Shown: positions 14,188 through 23,058 of the stretch, piece after piece
How the letters are laid out: the number at the start of each line of letters is the position of its first letter
Position numbering within the stretch: position 1 is the first letter of the stretch
Assembly (NCBI GenBank): GCA_029865325.1
Contig: JAOUHF010000001.1
Coordinates: forward strand, 23,569 to 87,568
Origin: Thermoleophilia bacterium
Lineage (GTDB): Bacteria; Actinomycetota; Thermoleophilia; Gaiellales; Gaiellaceae
Length of the DNA stretch: 64,000 nt
Reading direction: 5' to 3'
Position numbers and translations under genes: made by a program
The notes under the pieces: generated by a model
The model's database searches: none
The model's input: only the letters and a program-made list of their open reading frames with translations
What the model was told of the DNA's origin: nothing

Positions 14188-14890
14188 CGAGAGCGAGAAC
14201 GTGAACGAGACCGAAGAGGCCAAAGAGACCGAGAACGCGGTCGAGGCGACCGAGCCCGAGGCGGAAGCCGAGCCCGGGCCCGCCGAAGAGGCTGGCGACG
14301 AGCCTGAGGCAGAGCCGATGGCCGCGGAAGCCGAGCCGGTCGCCGAGACGGACGAGCCGGAGGCAGAGGTCGAGGGTGAGCCCGAGCTCGTCGCGACGCC
14401 TGAAGTGGAGCAGATCGCTGCAGACGCAGAGCCGGTTGCCGAAGCCGAAGAGCCTGCGATCGAGCCTGCCGCCGCCGCGGACGAATCCGCCGCCGCTGAG
14501 TCCGCCAGCGCCGAGGTAGCTCCCGCACGCAAGAAGAAGAAGCGGCTGCCACGCTCGCTTCGTCCCCAGCGGACGAAGACGAAGCGCGAGAAGCCGGCCG
14601 AGCGCAGCTCGATTACGCGCCTGCCGAAGCCGGAACACGCGCGCGGTCGCCGCCAGGAGCGCCAGGGGAGGGTCGTGTCCGCGAGCGCCGACAAGACGAT
14701 CGTCGTCCGCGTTGACGTCGCCAAGGCGCACCCGAGGTACAAGAAGGTGATCAAGCGGAGCACGAGGTTCCACGCCCACGACGAGGAGAACCAGGCCAAG
14801 GTGGGCGACATCGTCCGCATCGTCGAGACGAGGCCCCTCTCAAAGATGAAGCGCTGGCGACTCCAGGAGATCGTGGAGGCTGCGAAGTGA
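14180..14890 (+). CDS. rpsQ: 30S ribosomal protein S17 with ~150-aa N-terminal acidic-then-basic extension
   Basis: C-terminal 85 aa is canonical S17 ([17 protein letters not shown]...[19 protein letters not shown]...[18 protein letters not shown]). Frame is open back to GTG 14162. ATG 14180 has GAGGA 7 nt upstream. No stop between rpmC and the S17 core. Confidence 0.85.
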   Translation: MPDESENVNETEEAKETENAVEATEPEAEAEPGPAEEAGDEPEAEPMAAEAEPVAETDEPEAEVEGEPELVATPEVEQIAADAEPVAEAEEPAIEPAAAADESAAAESASAEVAPARKKKKRLPRSLRPQRTKTKREKPAERSSITRLPKPEHARGRRQERQGRVVSASADKTIVVRVDVAKAHPRYKKVIKRSTRFHAHDEENQAKVGDIVRIVETRPLSKMKRWRLQEIVEAAK

Positions 14891-15255
14891 TCCAGCAAGA
14901 ATCACGACTACGAGTCGCGGACAACACAGGGGCGCGTGAGATCCTGTGTATTCGCGTGCTCGGTGGCTCGCACCGGCGCTATGCGCGGGTCGGCGACGTG
15001 ATCATTGCTACGGTGAAGACGGCCACGCCCCAGGGCGCGGTCAAGAAGGGCGAAGTCGTGCGGGCGGTCGTCGTTCGGACGAAGAAGCCCTACAGCCGGG
15101 ACGACGGCACGCTCATCGGTTTCGACGAGAACGCCGCCGTCCTCATCGACCCACAATCCAACCCGCGCGGGACGCGCATTTTCGGGCCCGTCGCGCGCGA
15201 GCTTCGCGAGAAGAACTTCATGAAGATCGTCAGCCTCGCGCCGGAGGTGTTGTAG
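14887..15255 (+). CDS. rplN: 50S ribosomal protein L14
   Basis: [27 protein letters not shown] signature. GTG overlaps the rpsQ TGA. Confidence 0.98.
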   Translation: MIQQESRLRVADNTGAREILCIRVLGGSHRRYARVGDVIIATVKTATPQGAVKKGEVVRAVVVRTKKPYSRDDGTLIGFDENAAVLIDPQSNPRGTRIFGPVARELREKNFMKIVSLAPEVL

Positions 15256-15627
15256 TTGGCCACGAAGATGAAGGTGAAGAAGGGCGACTTGGTGCAGATG
15301 ATTACCGGCAAGGACCGCGGGAAGCGGGGCCGGGTGCTTGAAGCACGCCCTTCCGAGCGACGGGTCATCGTCGAGAACCTCAACGTCCAGAAGCGACACA
15401 CCCGTCCACGCCCCATTCGGGATTCCTCGCGCATGGGCGGCGCGCAGGTGGTGCCTGGCGGCATCCTCGACAAGGCCGCCGCCGTGTCGGTGTCGAACGT
15501 CATGGTCGTCTGCCCTGTCTGCGGCAATCCGACCAGGGTGGCGATGGCCGAGAAGGAGATCAAGGGCGAGATCGTGCGCGTGCGCGTCTGCAAGCGTCAA
15601 GGCTGCGGCCAGGAGATCGACAAATGA
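15256..15627 (+). CDS. rplX: 50S ribosomal protein L24 (Cys4 zinc-ribbon-containing form)
   Basis: [26 protein letters not shown] motif. The ATG at 15268 is an equally likely start. C-terminal CPVCG...CKRQGCG. Confidence 0.95.
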   Translation: MATKMKVKKGDLVQMITGKDRGKRGRVLEARPSERRVIVENLNVQKRHTRPRPIRDSSRMGGAQVVPGGILDKAAAVSVSNVMVVCPVCGNPTRVAMAEKEIKGEIVRVRVCKRQGCGQEIDK

Positions 15628-16211
15628 TGACCGCTGCGCCGACAGCAGAGACGTACGCGCCGCGGCTCAAGCAGCGGTACGAGAGCGAGATTCGGCCACG
15701 GCTCCACGAGGAGCTCGGCGTGTCCTCCGTCATGCAGGTTCCCCGAGTCACGAAGATCACTCTGAACATGGGCGTCGGCGAGGCCAAGATCGACGCGAAA
15801 GCACTCGACGCGGCGATCGACGAGCTCACGACCATCTCCGGACAGCGCGCGCAAGTACGGCGCGCGACCAAGTCGATCGCGAGCTTCAAGCTACGCGAGG
15901 GAATGCCCGTCGGCGCCCGCGTGACGCTGCGCGGGGCGCGCATGTACGAGTTCCTCGACCGGCTCGCATCGATCGCTCTTCCACGCATCCGCGACTTCCG
16001 AGGGCTCGATCCCGGTTCGTTCGACGGACGAGGCAACTACTCGATCGGGATCCGGGAGCAGATCATCTTTCCCGAGGTCGACTACGACAAGGTTCCGGCG
16101 ATCCGCGGGCTCGACATCGCGATCACCACGTCGGCGAAATCGGACGAGCACGGTCGCGCTCTGCTGGGCGCCCTGGGCTTGCCGTTCGCCGCCTCGAGAA
16201 GGGAACAATAG
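15624..16211 (+). CDS. rplE: 50S ribosomal protein L5
   Basis: [15 protein letters not shown]...[10 protein letters not shown]...FRGLD...[19 protein letters not shown] overlap with rplX. Confidence 0.97.
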   Translation: MMTAAPTAETYAPRLKQRYESEIRPRLHEELGVSSVMQVPRVTKITLNMGVGEAKIDAKALDAAIDELTTISGQRAQVRRATKSIASFKLREGMPVGARVTLRGARMYEFLDRLASIALPRIRDFRGLDPGSFDGRGNYSIGIREQIIFPEVDYDKVPAIRGLDIAITTSAKSDEHGRALLGALGLPFAASRREQ

Positions 16212-16372
16212 TGCTCCTTCAAGCGCTCTCACCCCCACGTCTGGAGGCTGCAAAGCTGCGCCATGCGTCGTCCTCAGTCGCGCCCATACCTTCTGGTATG
16301 GGCGCTCCCTGCGTCCTAGCCTCGCTTGCTTTTCGCGCGCCAGAGGTAGGGCAAGAACACTTGAAGGAGCAC
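16211..16372 (+). promoter_or_regulatory. Structured rplE-rpsN spacer RNA; closing helix sequesters the rpsN Shine-Dalgarno
   Basis: 13-bp perfect long-range helix between 16211-16223 (GTGCTCCTTCAAG) and 16360-16372 (CTTGAAGGAGCAC), the latter containing SD AAGGAG 16364-16369. Internal perfect 11-bp hairpin 16280-16305 with loop TTCT. Confidence 0.5.
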
Positions 16373-16379
16373 TAGCCAC

Positions 16380-16565
16380 ATGGCCAAGAAGTCGCTCATC
16401 GCCAAGCAGCAGCGGAAGTCCAAGTACGAAGTGCGGGCCTACACGCGCTGCAACCGGTGCGGCCGCCCGCGCGCGGTCTATCGCAAGTTCGGCGTGTGTC
16501 GAATCTGCTTGCGCGAGCTCGCGCATCAGGGCGCGATCCCCGGGATGACGAAGTCGAGCTGGTAG
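16380..16565 (+). CDS. rpsN: 30S ribosomal protein S14, short zinc-binding type Z
   Basis: 61 aa. CNRCGRP...CRIC double CxxC motif and terminal KSSW. Confidence 0.96.
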   Translation: MAKKSLIAKQQRKSKYEVRAYTRCNRCGRPRAVYRKFGVCRICLRELAHQGAIPGMTKSSW

Positions 16566-16576
16566 GGAGGAAGAAC

Positions 16577-16993
16577 GTGCTCACGGACCCCATCGCTGAC
16601 ATGCTGACCCGCATCCGCAACGCGAATCGCGCGCTGCACGACTCCGCGTCGATGCCGACCTCCCAGATCAAGGAGGAGATCGCTCGCATCCTCAAGGACG
16701 AGGGCTATATCAAGGACTACCGCGTCGTGGATGCGACGGACGGCAAAGGTCAGCCGCTTCCGTACCGCATGCTCGTCGTCGAGCTGAAGTTCGCGCGAGA
16801 TCGCCGCCGCGTGATCACCGACCTCAAGCGAGTCTCCAAGCCGGGTCGGCGTATCTACGCCGGTAAGGATCGGCTCCCTCGCGTGCTCGGCGGGCTCGGC
16901 ACCGCAATCATGTCCACGTCGACCGGAGTGATCACCAACCGCCAGGCCGCCGAGCGCGGCGTCGGCGGTGAGGTCATCGCTTTCGTCTGGTAG
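16577..16993 (+). CDS. rpsH: 30S ribosomal protein S8
   Basis: [16 protein letters not shown] signature. In-frame GTG 16577 preceded by GGGAGG. The tracked ORF start at 16457 overlaps rpsN. Confidence 0.95.
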   Translation: MLTDPIADMLTRIRNANRALHDSASMPTSQIKEEIARILKDEGYIKDYRVVDATDGKGQPLPYRMLVVELKFARDRRRVITDLKRVSKPGRRIYAGKDRLPRVLGGLGTAIMSTSTGVITNRQAAERGVGGEVIAFVW

Positions 16994-16995
16994 CG

Positions 16996-17529
16996 ATGTC
17001 GCGGATCGGTCGCAAACCCATCGAAGTCCCCGCTGGCGTGAAGGTGGCGATTTCGCCCGGCGCGGTTCAGGTCACCGGGCCACTGGGCGAGCTGAGCCAG
17101 GTCGTCCCAGCTCGTATGCAGGTCGAGCAGATTGAGGCGGAGATCCTCGTCACGAGGCCGACCGAGCGCGGAGAGGACCGTGCGCTTCACGGGCTCACTC
17201 GCACCCTCATCGCAAACATGGTCGAGGGTGTCACGAGCGGCTACGAGAAGCACCTAGAGATCCAGGGCGTCGGCTATCGCGCCCAGCTCAAAGGGTCCGA
17301 CCTCGAGCTCGCGGTCGGCTACTCGCACACGGTCCTCATCAAGCCGCGCGCCGGCATCTCGTTCGACGTCCCCATCCCGACGCAGATCGTCGTCAAGGGG
17401 ATCGACAAGCAGATGGTCGGACAGACGGCCGCCGAGGTTCGCAAGGTGCGCCCGCCCGAGCCTTACAAGGGCAAAGGCATCCGCTATCGCGACGAGCTCG
17501 TTCGCAGGAAGGTCGGAAAGCGAGCATGA
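16996..17529 (+). CDS. rplF: 50S ribosomal protein L6
   Basis: [17 protein letters not shown]...[11 protein letters not shown] signature. Confidence 0.97.
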   Translation: MSRIGRKPIEVPAGVKVAISPGAVQVTGPLGELSQVVPARMQVEQIEAEILVTRPTERGEDRALHGLTRTLIANMVEGVTSGYEKHLEIQGVGYRAQLKGSDLELAVGYSHTVLIKPRAGISFDVPIPTQIVVKGIDKQMVGQTAAEVRKVRPPEPYKGKGIRYRDELVRRKVGKRA

Positions 17530-17879
17530 GCACTCTCACGAGGCGTGAGGCGCGCATGCGACGCCACCGTCGCGTTCGCAGCAAGGTTTCCGGGACGGCT
17601 GAGCGACCGCGCCTCGTGGTCTTCCGCTCGAACCGCGGGATCTTCGCGCAGCTTGTCGACGACGAGACCGCGCGCACGCTCGCCTCGGCGGGCTGGACGT
17701 CGATCGGCAAGATGTCTGGCTCGAAAGCCGAGCAGGCGACCGCGGTCGGCAAGGCGCTGGCCACGGCTGCAAAGTCGGCCGGGATCGAGCGTTGCGTGTT
17801 CGACCGCGGCGGGTATCTGTTCCACGGACGCGTCAAGGCGCTCGCCGAGGGCGCGCGAGAGGGAGGACTCCAGTTTTGA
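17526..17879 (+). CDS. rplR: 50S ribosomal protein L18
   Basis: [35 protein letters not shown]...[24 protein letters not shown]. Confidence 0.97.
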   Translation: MSTLTRREARMRRHRRVRSKVSGTAERPRLVVFRSNRGIFAQLVDDETARTLASAGWTSIGKMSGSKAEQATAVGKALATAAKSAGIERCVFDRGGYLFHGRVKALAEGAREGGLQF

Positions 17880-18496
17880 GCACGACCCATGGAAACGAGT
17901 CCCGCGAGCTCAAGGAGCGGGTCATCGAGATCAACCGGGTCGCCAAGGTCGTCAAGGGCGGCAGGCGGTTCTCTTTCACAGCGCTCGTCGTCGTCGGCGA
18001 CGAGGTGGATCGCGTCGGCCTGGGCTACGGGAAGGCACGCGAGGTCCCGTTGGCGATCTCGAAGGCCGTCGAGGACGCCAGGAAGAACCTCTTTACCGTG
18101 CCGAAGCACGGCCAGACGATCACGCACGAGATCGTGGGGCGGTTCGACGCCGCGCGCGTCGTTCTGCGCCCCGCGAGCGAGGGTACGGGCGTGATCGCCG
18201 GTGGTGGCGTTCGCGCCGTTCTCGAGCTCGCCGGAATCCGCGACGTGCTCTCGAAGAGCATTGGGACGACCACGCCTATCAACATGACCCGCGCGACCGT
18301 GAACGGCCTGCGCCGGCTCGTCCGCCCCGAGGACGTCGCTCAACTCCGCGGCAAGACGATCGCGGAGGTTCTGCCCGTGTCGAGCGCCGCGCGAGCCGCG
18401 CGTCTCGCTGCGGCCCAGGAGGCCGCAGCCGCAGAGTCCGCGCCGCACGACGATGCTGACGAGGCTCTGGCAGAGGAGAAGGAGACCGCAGGGTGA
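17876..18496 (+). CDS. rpsE: 30S ribosomal protein S5 with Ala-rich/acidic C-terminal tail
   Basis: [35 protein letters not shown] motifs. TTG 17876 preceded by GGGAGGA and overlapping the rplR TGA. The tracked ORF start at 17792 lies inside rplR. Confidence 0.94.
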   Translation: MSTTHGNESRELKERVIEINRVAKVVKGGRRFSFTALVVVGDEVDRVGLGYGKAREVPLAISKAVEDARKNLFTVPKHGQTITHEIVGRFDAARVVLRPASEGTGVIAGGGVRAVLELAGIRDVLSKSIGTTTPINMTRATVNGLRRLVRPEDVAQLRGKTIAEVLPVSSAARAARLAAAQEAAAAESAPHDDADEALAEEKETAG

Positions 18497-18672
18497 GCTC
18501 TTTCAAGATCACTCAGGTGCGCAGCGGGATCGGTCAGTCCGACCGCCATCGCGGTACCCTGCGCGCCCTCGGCCTCGGCAAGATCGGCCGCAGCGCCGAG
18601 CACAAGGACTCCCCGCAACTCCAGGGCATGCTGCGGCAGGTTCGGCACCTCGTTCGGATCGACGGGAAGTAG
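18493..18672 (+). CDS. rpmD: 50S ribosomal protein L30 (59 aa, absent from ORF track)
   Basis: GTG overlaps the rpsE TGA. Own translation [59 protein letters not shown] matches the L30 pattern, in the canonical position between rpsE and rplO. Confidence 0.93.
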   Translation: MSSFKITQVRSGIGQSDRHRGTLRALGLGKIGRSAEHKDSPQLQGMLRQVRHLVRIDGK

Positions 18673-18678
18673 GAAGCG

Positions 18679-19302
18679 ATGAGCGACGAGCTGAATCTCT
18701 CCAACTTGAAACCCGCCCAGGCGCGCAAGGACCGCAAGCGCGTCGGGCGCGGTCTCGGGTCCGGCAAAGGGCGGTATTCCGGCCGCGGCATCAAGGGTCA
18801 GAAGTCCCGCTCAGGCTCGAAGAAGATGCCGGCCGGCTTCGAAGGCGGCCAGATGCCTATTGACATGCGCGTCGGGAAGTTGCGCGGGAATACGTCTGCG
18901 GACGCGATGCCGATCGGCCCGTTCCGTACCTACAACCAGCCGGTCAACGTTGCTGATCTCGAACAGCGCTTCGAGGCCGGAGCCGAGGTCACGCTCGAGG
19001 CGCTCAAAGCCGCCGGGCTCGTGCGCAAGCTCTCGGTGGACGTCAAGGTTCTCGGAGAAGGCGAGCTGACGAAGAAGCTCTCGGTGACCGCCCATTCGTT
19101 CTCGAAGTCCGCAGTCGAGAAGATCGAAGCGGCCGGTGGCACCGTGGTTCGGCTTCGCGAGCCGGTCGAGAGGAAGAGGAAGAGACACAAGAAGGCCTCT
19201 GTCCCGGTCGTCGAAGAGCCCGAGGTCGCCGCAGAGCCGGAGGCTGAGGTTGAAGGCGAGCCCGAGGAGGCAGAGGCAGAGACCCCGGAGAGCGGTTCAT
19301 GA
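18679..19302 (+). CDS. rplO: 50S ribosomal protein L15 with ~55-aa basic-then-acidic C-terminal tail
   Basis: [28 protein letters not shown] signature. Tail ...KRKRHKK...[29 protein letters not shown]. Confidence 0.96.
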   Translation: MSDELNLSNLKPAQARKDRKRVGRGLGSGKGRYSGRGIKGQKSRSGSKKMPAGFEGGQMPIDMRVGKLRGNTSADAMPIGPFRTYNQPVNVADLEQRFEAGAEVTLEALKAAGLVRKLSVDVKVLGEGELTKKLSVTAHSFSKSAVEKIEAAGGTVVRLREPVERKRKRHKKASVPVVEEPEVAAEPEAEVEGEPEEAEAETPESGS

Positions 19303-19499
19303 CGACCACAGACACCGCGGCCGCGGAGCGGAGGCCTTCCGGGATTTTCGCGCGACCAGAGTCCGCACTCGCGGATTCTGGTCTTGCGCTCGAAGAATCG
19401 ATCACGAAGACCACCGACACCGCGGCCGCGGAGCGGACGCCTTCAGGGATTTTCGCGCGACCAGAATCCGCACTCGCGGATTCTGGTCTTGCGCTCAAG
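19297..19499 (+). repeat. Tandem direct repeat, 2 x ~90-nt unit, 105-nt period, each unit with a 12-bp hairpin
   Basis: 19304-19391 vs 19409-19496 are 84/88 identical. Hairpins ACCAGA(G/A)TCCGC-ACTC-GCGGATTCTGGT at 19355-19382 and 19460-19487. CCGCGGCCGCGG palindrome in each unit. Confidence 0.9.
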
Positions 19500-19502
19500 T
19501 AG
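19299..19502 (+). CDS. Possible 67-aa internal-repeat micro-protein (alternative reading of the tandem repeat)
   Basis: ATGA overlap with the rplO stop; TAG abuts the secY ATG. Two 35-aa repeats ([28 protein letters not shown]). 3 of 4 inter-repeat changes are synonymous. Third-position G+C is lower than in neighbouring genes. Confidence 0.3.
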   Translation: MTTTDTAAAERRPSGIFARPESALADSGLALEESITKTTDTAAAERTPSGIFARPESALADSGLALK

Positions 19503-20756
19503 ATGTTCTCCTGGCTCGCGAACGCATGGCGGGTGCCGGAACTCCGGGAGCGTGTCCTCTTCACGGCCATGATCCTGGCGATCTACCGGCTCGGCTCGTG
19601 GATTCCGGCGCCCGGAGTCAACTCGCAGACGATCGAGGACTACTTCTCGGGTCGCGGCGACACGATCCTCGGTCTGCTCAACCTCTTCTCGGGAGGCGCG
19701 CTCTCGCAGTTCTCCCTCTTCGCGCTCGGGATCATGCCGTACGTCACGGCGTCGATCATCGTCCAGCTGATGACGGTCGTCATCCCGCGGCTCGCCGAGT
19801 TGCAGAAAGAGGGCGAGGCCGGCTACGCGAAGATCACGCAGTACACGCGCTATTTAACCGTCGTCCTGGCCGCGGCGCAGGCAACCGGCTACGCGTTCCT
19901 GTTCCGTAACCAGGGAGCACTCGACGCCGGCGCTGGCGAGATGGTCCTCATCGTCGTCTCCCTTACCGCGGGCACGGTCCTGCTCATGTGGATGGGCGAG
20001 CTGATCACGAAGCGCGGTGTCGGGAACGGGATCTCCATCCTCATCTTCGCCTCCATTCTGGTCGCCGCCCCCATCGGCATCCTCGCTTGGTGGAACGGCG
20101 GCCCGATGGAGAAGCTCTTCTTCCCACTGATCGCCGTCGGAATCTGTGCGGCTGTCGTGTTCGTCCAGGAGGGGCAGCGGCGCATCCCGATCCAGTACGC
20201 GAAGCGGATGGTTGGCCGCCGTATGACGACGGGTGGATCCACCTACCTCCCGCTGCGCGTGAACATGGCGGGCGTCATCCCGATCATCTTCGCGGCGGCG
20301 ATTCTCGCCTTCCCGCCGACGATGGCGCAGTACTTTCCGGTGACCCAGGACTTCGTGAACGAGTACTTCCAGCCTGGCGATTGGATCTACCTGCTGATCG
20401 AAGGCGTGATGATCGTGATCTTCACGTACTTCTACACTGCTGTTCAGTTCAACCCGGTCGACCAGGCGGACAACCTGCGCCGGTACGGCGGGTACATTCC
20501 GGGCATTCGTCCTGGCCCGCCGACCGCTCAGTACCTGGACCGGGTCCTGTCGCGCCTGACGCTTCCGGGGTCGCTCTTCTTGGCCACCGTCGCAATCCTC
20601 CCGAGCTTGTTCATCGCGTATGGCGGCTTCTCGCAGGCGAGTGCGGGAGCTCTCGGTGGCACCTCGGTCCTGATCGCCGTCGGCGTAGCGCTCGACACCA
20701 TGCGGCAGATGGAGTCGCAGATGATGGCGCGTTCGTACGAGGGCTTCCTCAAGTAG
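19503..20756 (+). CDS. secY: Preprotein translocase subunit SecY
   Basis: 417 aa, multi-TM. LFALGIMPYVTASIIVQL and GGTSVLIAVGVALDT motifs. Canonical position after rplO. Confidence 0.97.
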   Translation: MFSWLANAWRVPELRERVLFTAMILAIYRLGSWIPAPGVNSQTIEDYFSGRGDTILGLLNLFSGGALSQFSLFALGIMPYVTASIIVQLMTVVIPRLAELQKEGEAGYAKITQYTRYLTVVLAAAQATGYAFLFRNQGALDAGAGEMVLIVVSLTAGTVLLMWMGELITKRGVGNGISILIFASILVAAPIGILAWWNGGPMEKLFFPLIAVGICAAVVFVQEGQRRIPIQYAKRMVGRRMTTGGSTYLPLRVNMAGVIPIIFAAAILAFPPTMAQYFPVTQDFVNEYFQPGDWIYLLIEGVMIVIFTYFYTAVQFNPVDQADNLRRYGGYIPGIRPGPPTAQYLDRVLSRLTLPGSLFLATVAILPSLFIAYGGFSQASAGALGGTSVLIAVGVALDTMRQMESQMMARSYEGFLK

Positions 20757-20791
20757 GGGCGAGGCTTGCCTCGCCACGGCATCGCGATACG

Positions 20792-21361
20792 ATGAGGATC
20801 TTGATCTTGGGCCCCCAGGGGTCAGGGAAGGGCACCCAGGCGAAGGGTATCGCCGCGCTGCATGCCACGCCGCATATCGCGACGGGCGACATCCTTCGCG
20901 AGGCTGTGTCGCGGGGCACCGACCTTGGGCGTCGCGTGCAACCGATTCTTGTCCGCGGCGACCTCGTTCCCGATGAGCTCATGGTAGATCTCATCCGCGA
21001 GCGGCTCGCGGATGAGGAGGGGTTCGTCCTCGACGGGTTCCCGCGGACCGTGCCCCAAGCCGAGGCCCTCGACGCGATGTTGGAGGAGATCGGAAAGCCG
21101 CTCGACGCCGTGATCCTTCTCCAGGTCTCGGACGAGGTGGCGACGTCCCGACTTCACGCCAGAGCCGCTGCCGAAGGTCGGGCGGACGACTCGCCGGATG
21201 GAATCCAGAATCGGCTCCGGCTCTACCACGAGCTGACCGAGCCCGTCGTGGACCGCTATCGCGCCGAAGGGACGCTCATCGTCGTGGATGGCGATCGCGC
21301 GATCAGGGACGTCTCTGCTTCGATAGAGGACTCGCTCGCGCAGGTGGGAGCGCGCTGGTGA
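20792..21361 (+). CDS. adk: Adenylate kinase (short-lid form)
   Basis: MRILILGPQGSGKGTQA P-loop, GDILR, GFPRTVPQAEAL. The tracked ORF (19988-) is an out-of-context upstream extension over secY. Confidence 0.95.
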   Translation: MRILILGPQGSGKGTQAKGIAALHATPHIATGDILREAVSRGTDLGRRVQPILVRGDLVPDELMVDLIRERLADEEGFVLDGFPRTVPQAEALDAMLEEIGKPLDAVILLQVSDEVATSRLHARAAAEGRADDSPDGIQNRLRLYHELTEPVVDRYRAEGTLIVVDGDRAIRDVSASIEDSLAQVGARW

Positions 21362-22131
21362 TCATCCGCAAGAGCGCACGCGAGATCCAGAAGATCGCTG
21401 CCGCGGGTGCGCTCGTTGCCGAGACCATCGCGCACGTCGGTTCGCTGCTCGGGCCGGGAGTAACTACGGAAGAGCTCGACAGTGCCGCAGCTGCGTTCAT
21501 TCGAGAGCGCGACGGCATCCCGACGTCCGAGGGATACAAGGGATACCCCAAGGCGATCTGCATCTCTCCGAACGACGTCGTCGTCCACGGTATCCCAGAC
21601 GGCTACGTCGTAGCCGAAGGGGATCTCGTCACGCTGGACGTCGGCGTCACGCTGGACGGCTACATCGCGGACAGCGCGTACACGTTCGGCGTGGGTGCGA
21701 TCGCGCCCGAATCTCAGAGCCTGCTCGACACGGGACAGAATGCCCTCGCAGCTGGCATCGCAGAGGCGGTAGCCGGGAATCGAGTCGGCGACCTCTCGCA
21801 CGCGGTCCAGATGGTCGTCGAGCGCGCCGGGTTCTCCGTCGTGAGGAGCCTCGTGGGCCACGGGGTCGGGCGGCACTACCACGAGGACCCGCATATCCCC
21901 AACTTCGGCGAGCCGGGCCGCGGGCCGCTTCTCTCCGAAGGAATGACGATCGCGATCGAGCCGATGATCACGGCCGGTGATTCCGAGGTGGCGGTGATGG
22001 ACGACGGCTGGACGATTCGAACGGCCGACGGATCCATGTCGGCGCACTTCGAGCACACCGTTGCGATCACCGCCGAGGGCCCTCGGATCCTCACTCCGCG
22101 CGTTGGACTGGCGAGGAGCGTCGAGGTTTGA
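21358..22131 (+). CDS. map: Type I methionine aminopeptidase
   Basis: GVTTEELD, VVHGIP, DVGVTLDGY.ADSA, HGVGRHYHE, TIAIEPM, EHTV metal-ligand pattern. GTG overlaps the adk stop. Confidence 0.95.
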   Translation: MIIRKSAREIQKIAAAGALVAETIAHVGSLLGPGVTTEELDSAAAAFIRERDGIPTSEGYKGYPKAICISPNDVVVHGIPDGYVVAEGDLVTLDVGVTLDGYIADSAYTFGVGAIAPESQSLLDTGQNALAAGIAEAVAGNRVGDLSHAVQMVVERAGFSVVRSLVGHGVGRHYHEDPHIPNFGEPGRGPLLSEGMTIAIEPMITAGDSEVAVMDDGWTIRTADGSMSAHFEHTVAITAEGPRILTPRVGLARSVEV

Positions 22132-22330
22132 CGCAACGCCCTGTTCGAGCGGATTTTGGCGTTTGGTGCCAGAGACGCTGTGGTACGATGACCGGCCGCG
22201 GCGCGGAGCTGTGCGTTTGTGCCGCCGTTCATGAAGTGGTGTTGGCGTCAGAACGAATTCTGACCCTGGCGCAGTTTCCATCCAACGACTGAAAGGCATC
22301 GGCTGTACGAGGTTGAGGCTGGGCACGAGA

Positions 22331-22552
22331 GTGGCAGTCAAGGAAGAGAAGATCGAGATCGAAGGCGAGGTGGTCGAGGCGCTACCCAGCACGATGTTTC
22401 GGGTGCAACTCGACAACGGCCACAGCGTCCTCGCCCGTATCTCCGGAAAGATGCGCAAGCACTACATTCGCATCCTGCCCGGCGACCGCGTCACGGTCGA
22501 GCTCTCTCCTTACGATCTCACCCGCGGTCGCATCACCTTTCGAATGAAGTAA
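22331..22552 (+). CDS. infA: Translation initiation factor IF-1
   Basis: [71 protein letters not shown] 22331 gives the canonical 73-aa length. Confidence 0.95.
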   Translation: MAVKEEKIEIEGEVVEALPSTMFRVQLDNGHSVLARISGKMRKHYIRILPGDRVTVELSPYDLTRGRITFRMK

Positions 22553-22561
22553 CGGAGTCCC

Positions 22562-22675
22562 ATGAAAGTCCGTCCGTCCGTCAAGCCTATGTGTGAGCGC
22601 TGCCGCGTGATCAAGCGGCACGGCCGCACGATCGTCATCTGCTCCAACCCTCGGCACAAGCAAAGGCAGGGCTAG
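22562..22675 (+). CDS. rpmJ: 50S ribosomal protein L36 (37 aa, zinc-binding form; absent from ORF track)
   Basis: Own translation [37 protein letters not shown]. Canonical position between infA and rpsM. Confidence 0.95.
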   Translation: MKVRPSVKPMCERCRVIKRHGRTIVICSNPRHKQRQG

Positions 22676-22680
22676 ACCTC

Positions 22681-23058
22681 TTGGCACGCATCGCCGGCGT
22701 CAACCTCCCAACGCAGAAGCGGCTCGAAATTGGGCTGACCTACATCTACGGCATCGGCCGCTCGACGGCGCAGAAGACCATTCGTGCGCTCGAGCTCGAC
22801 CCGAACCAGAAGGTGCGCGACCTCACCGACGAGGAGGTCACGAAGCTCCGAAACCACATCGACTCCGAATTGGAGGTCGAGGGCGACCTGCGTCGCGATC
22901 GCGGGCAGGCGATCAAGCGGTTGACCGAGATCGGCAGCTACCGCGGCATTCGGCACCGCCGCGGCCTCCCCGTCCGCGGACAGCGAACGAAGACGAACGC
23001 GCGCAGCCGCAAAGGCACCAAGAAGACTGTCGGGCGCGGCAAGAAGGCAGCGAAGTAG
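22681..23058 (+). CDS. rpsM: 30S ribosomal protein S13
   Basis: [29 protein letters not shown]...[27 protein letters not shown] start. Confidence 0.97.
   Translation: MARIAGVNLPTQKRLEIGLTYIYGIGRSTAQKTIRALELDPNQKVRDLTDEEVTKLRNHIDSELEVEGDLRRDRGQAIKRLTEIGSYRGIRHRRGLPVRGQRTKTNARSRKGTKKTVGRGKKAAK

Noticed and set aside
16263-16319. 18-codon mini-ORF (MRRPQSRPYLLVWALPAS) inside the rplE-rpsN spacer as a leader peptide.
   Set aside because: It has no SD, it runs through the 11-bp hairpin, and nothing distinguishes it from a chance ORF.
19297-19502. Possible CRISPR array.
   Set aside because: There are only two repeat copies, the units are about 90 nt with a ~15-nt linker rather than 25-40-nt repeats with unique spacers, and no cas genes are present.
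19043-19570. 175-aa minus-strand ORF with an internal peptide repeat ([19 protein letters not shown]...).
   Set aside because: It is the reverse-complement reading of the same tandem DNA repeat and runs antisense into rplO and secY, so it is an artefact.
22132-22330. 200-nt region upstream of infA with a TGgTACGAT extended -10-like box, a 7-bp hairpin (GTCAGAA/TTCTGAC) and short uORFs (e.g. [10 protein letters not shown]).
   Set aside because: The -35 is poor, the hairpin is short, and the uORFs lack an SD. The evidence is not enough to call a leader element.
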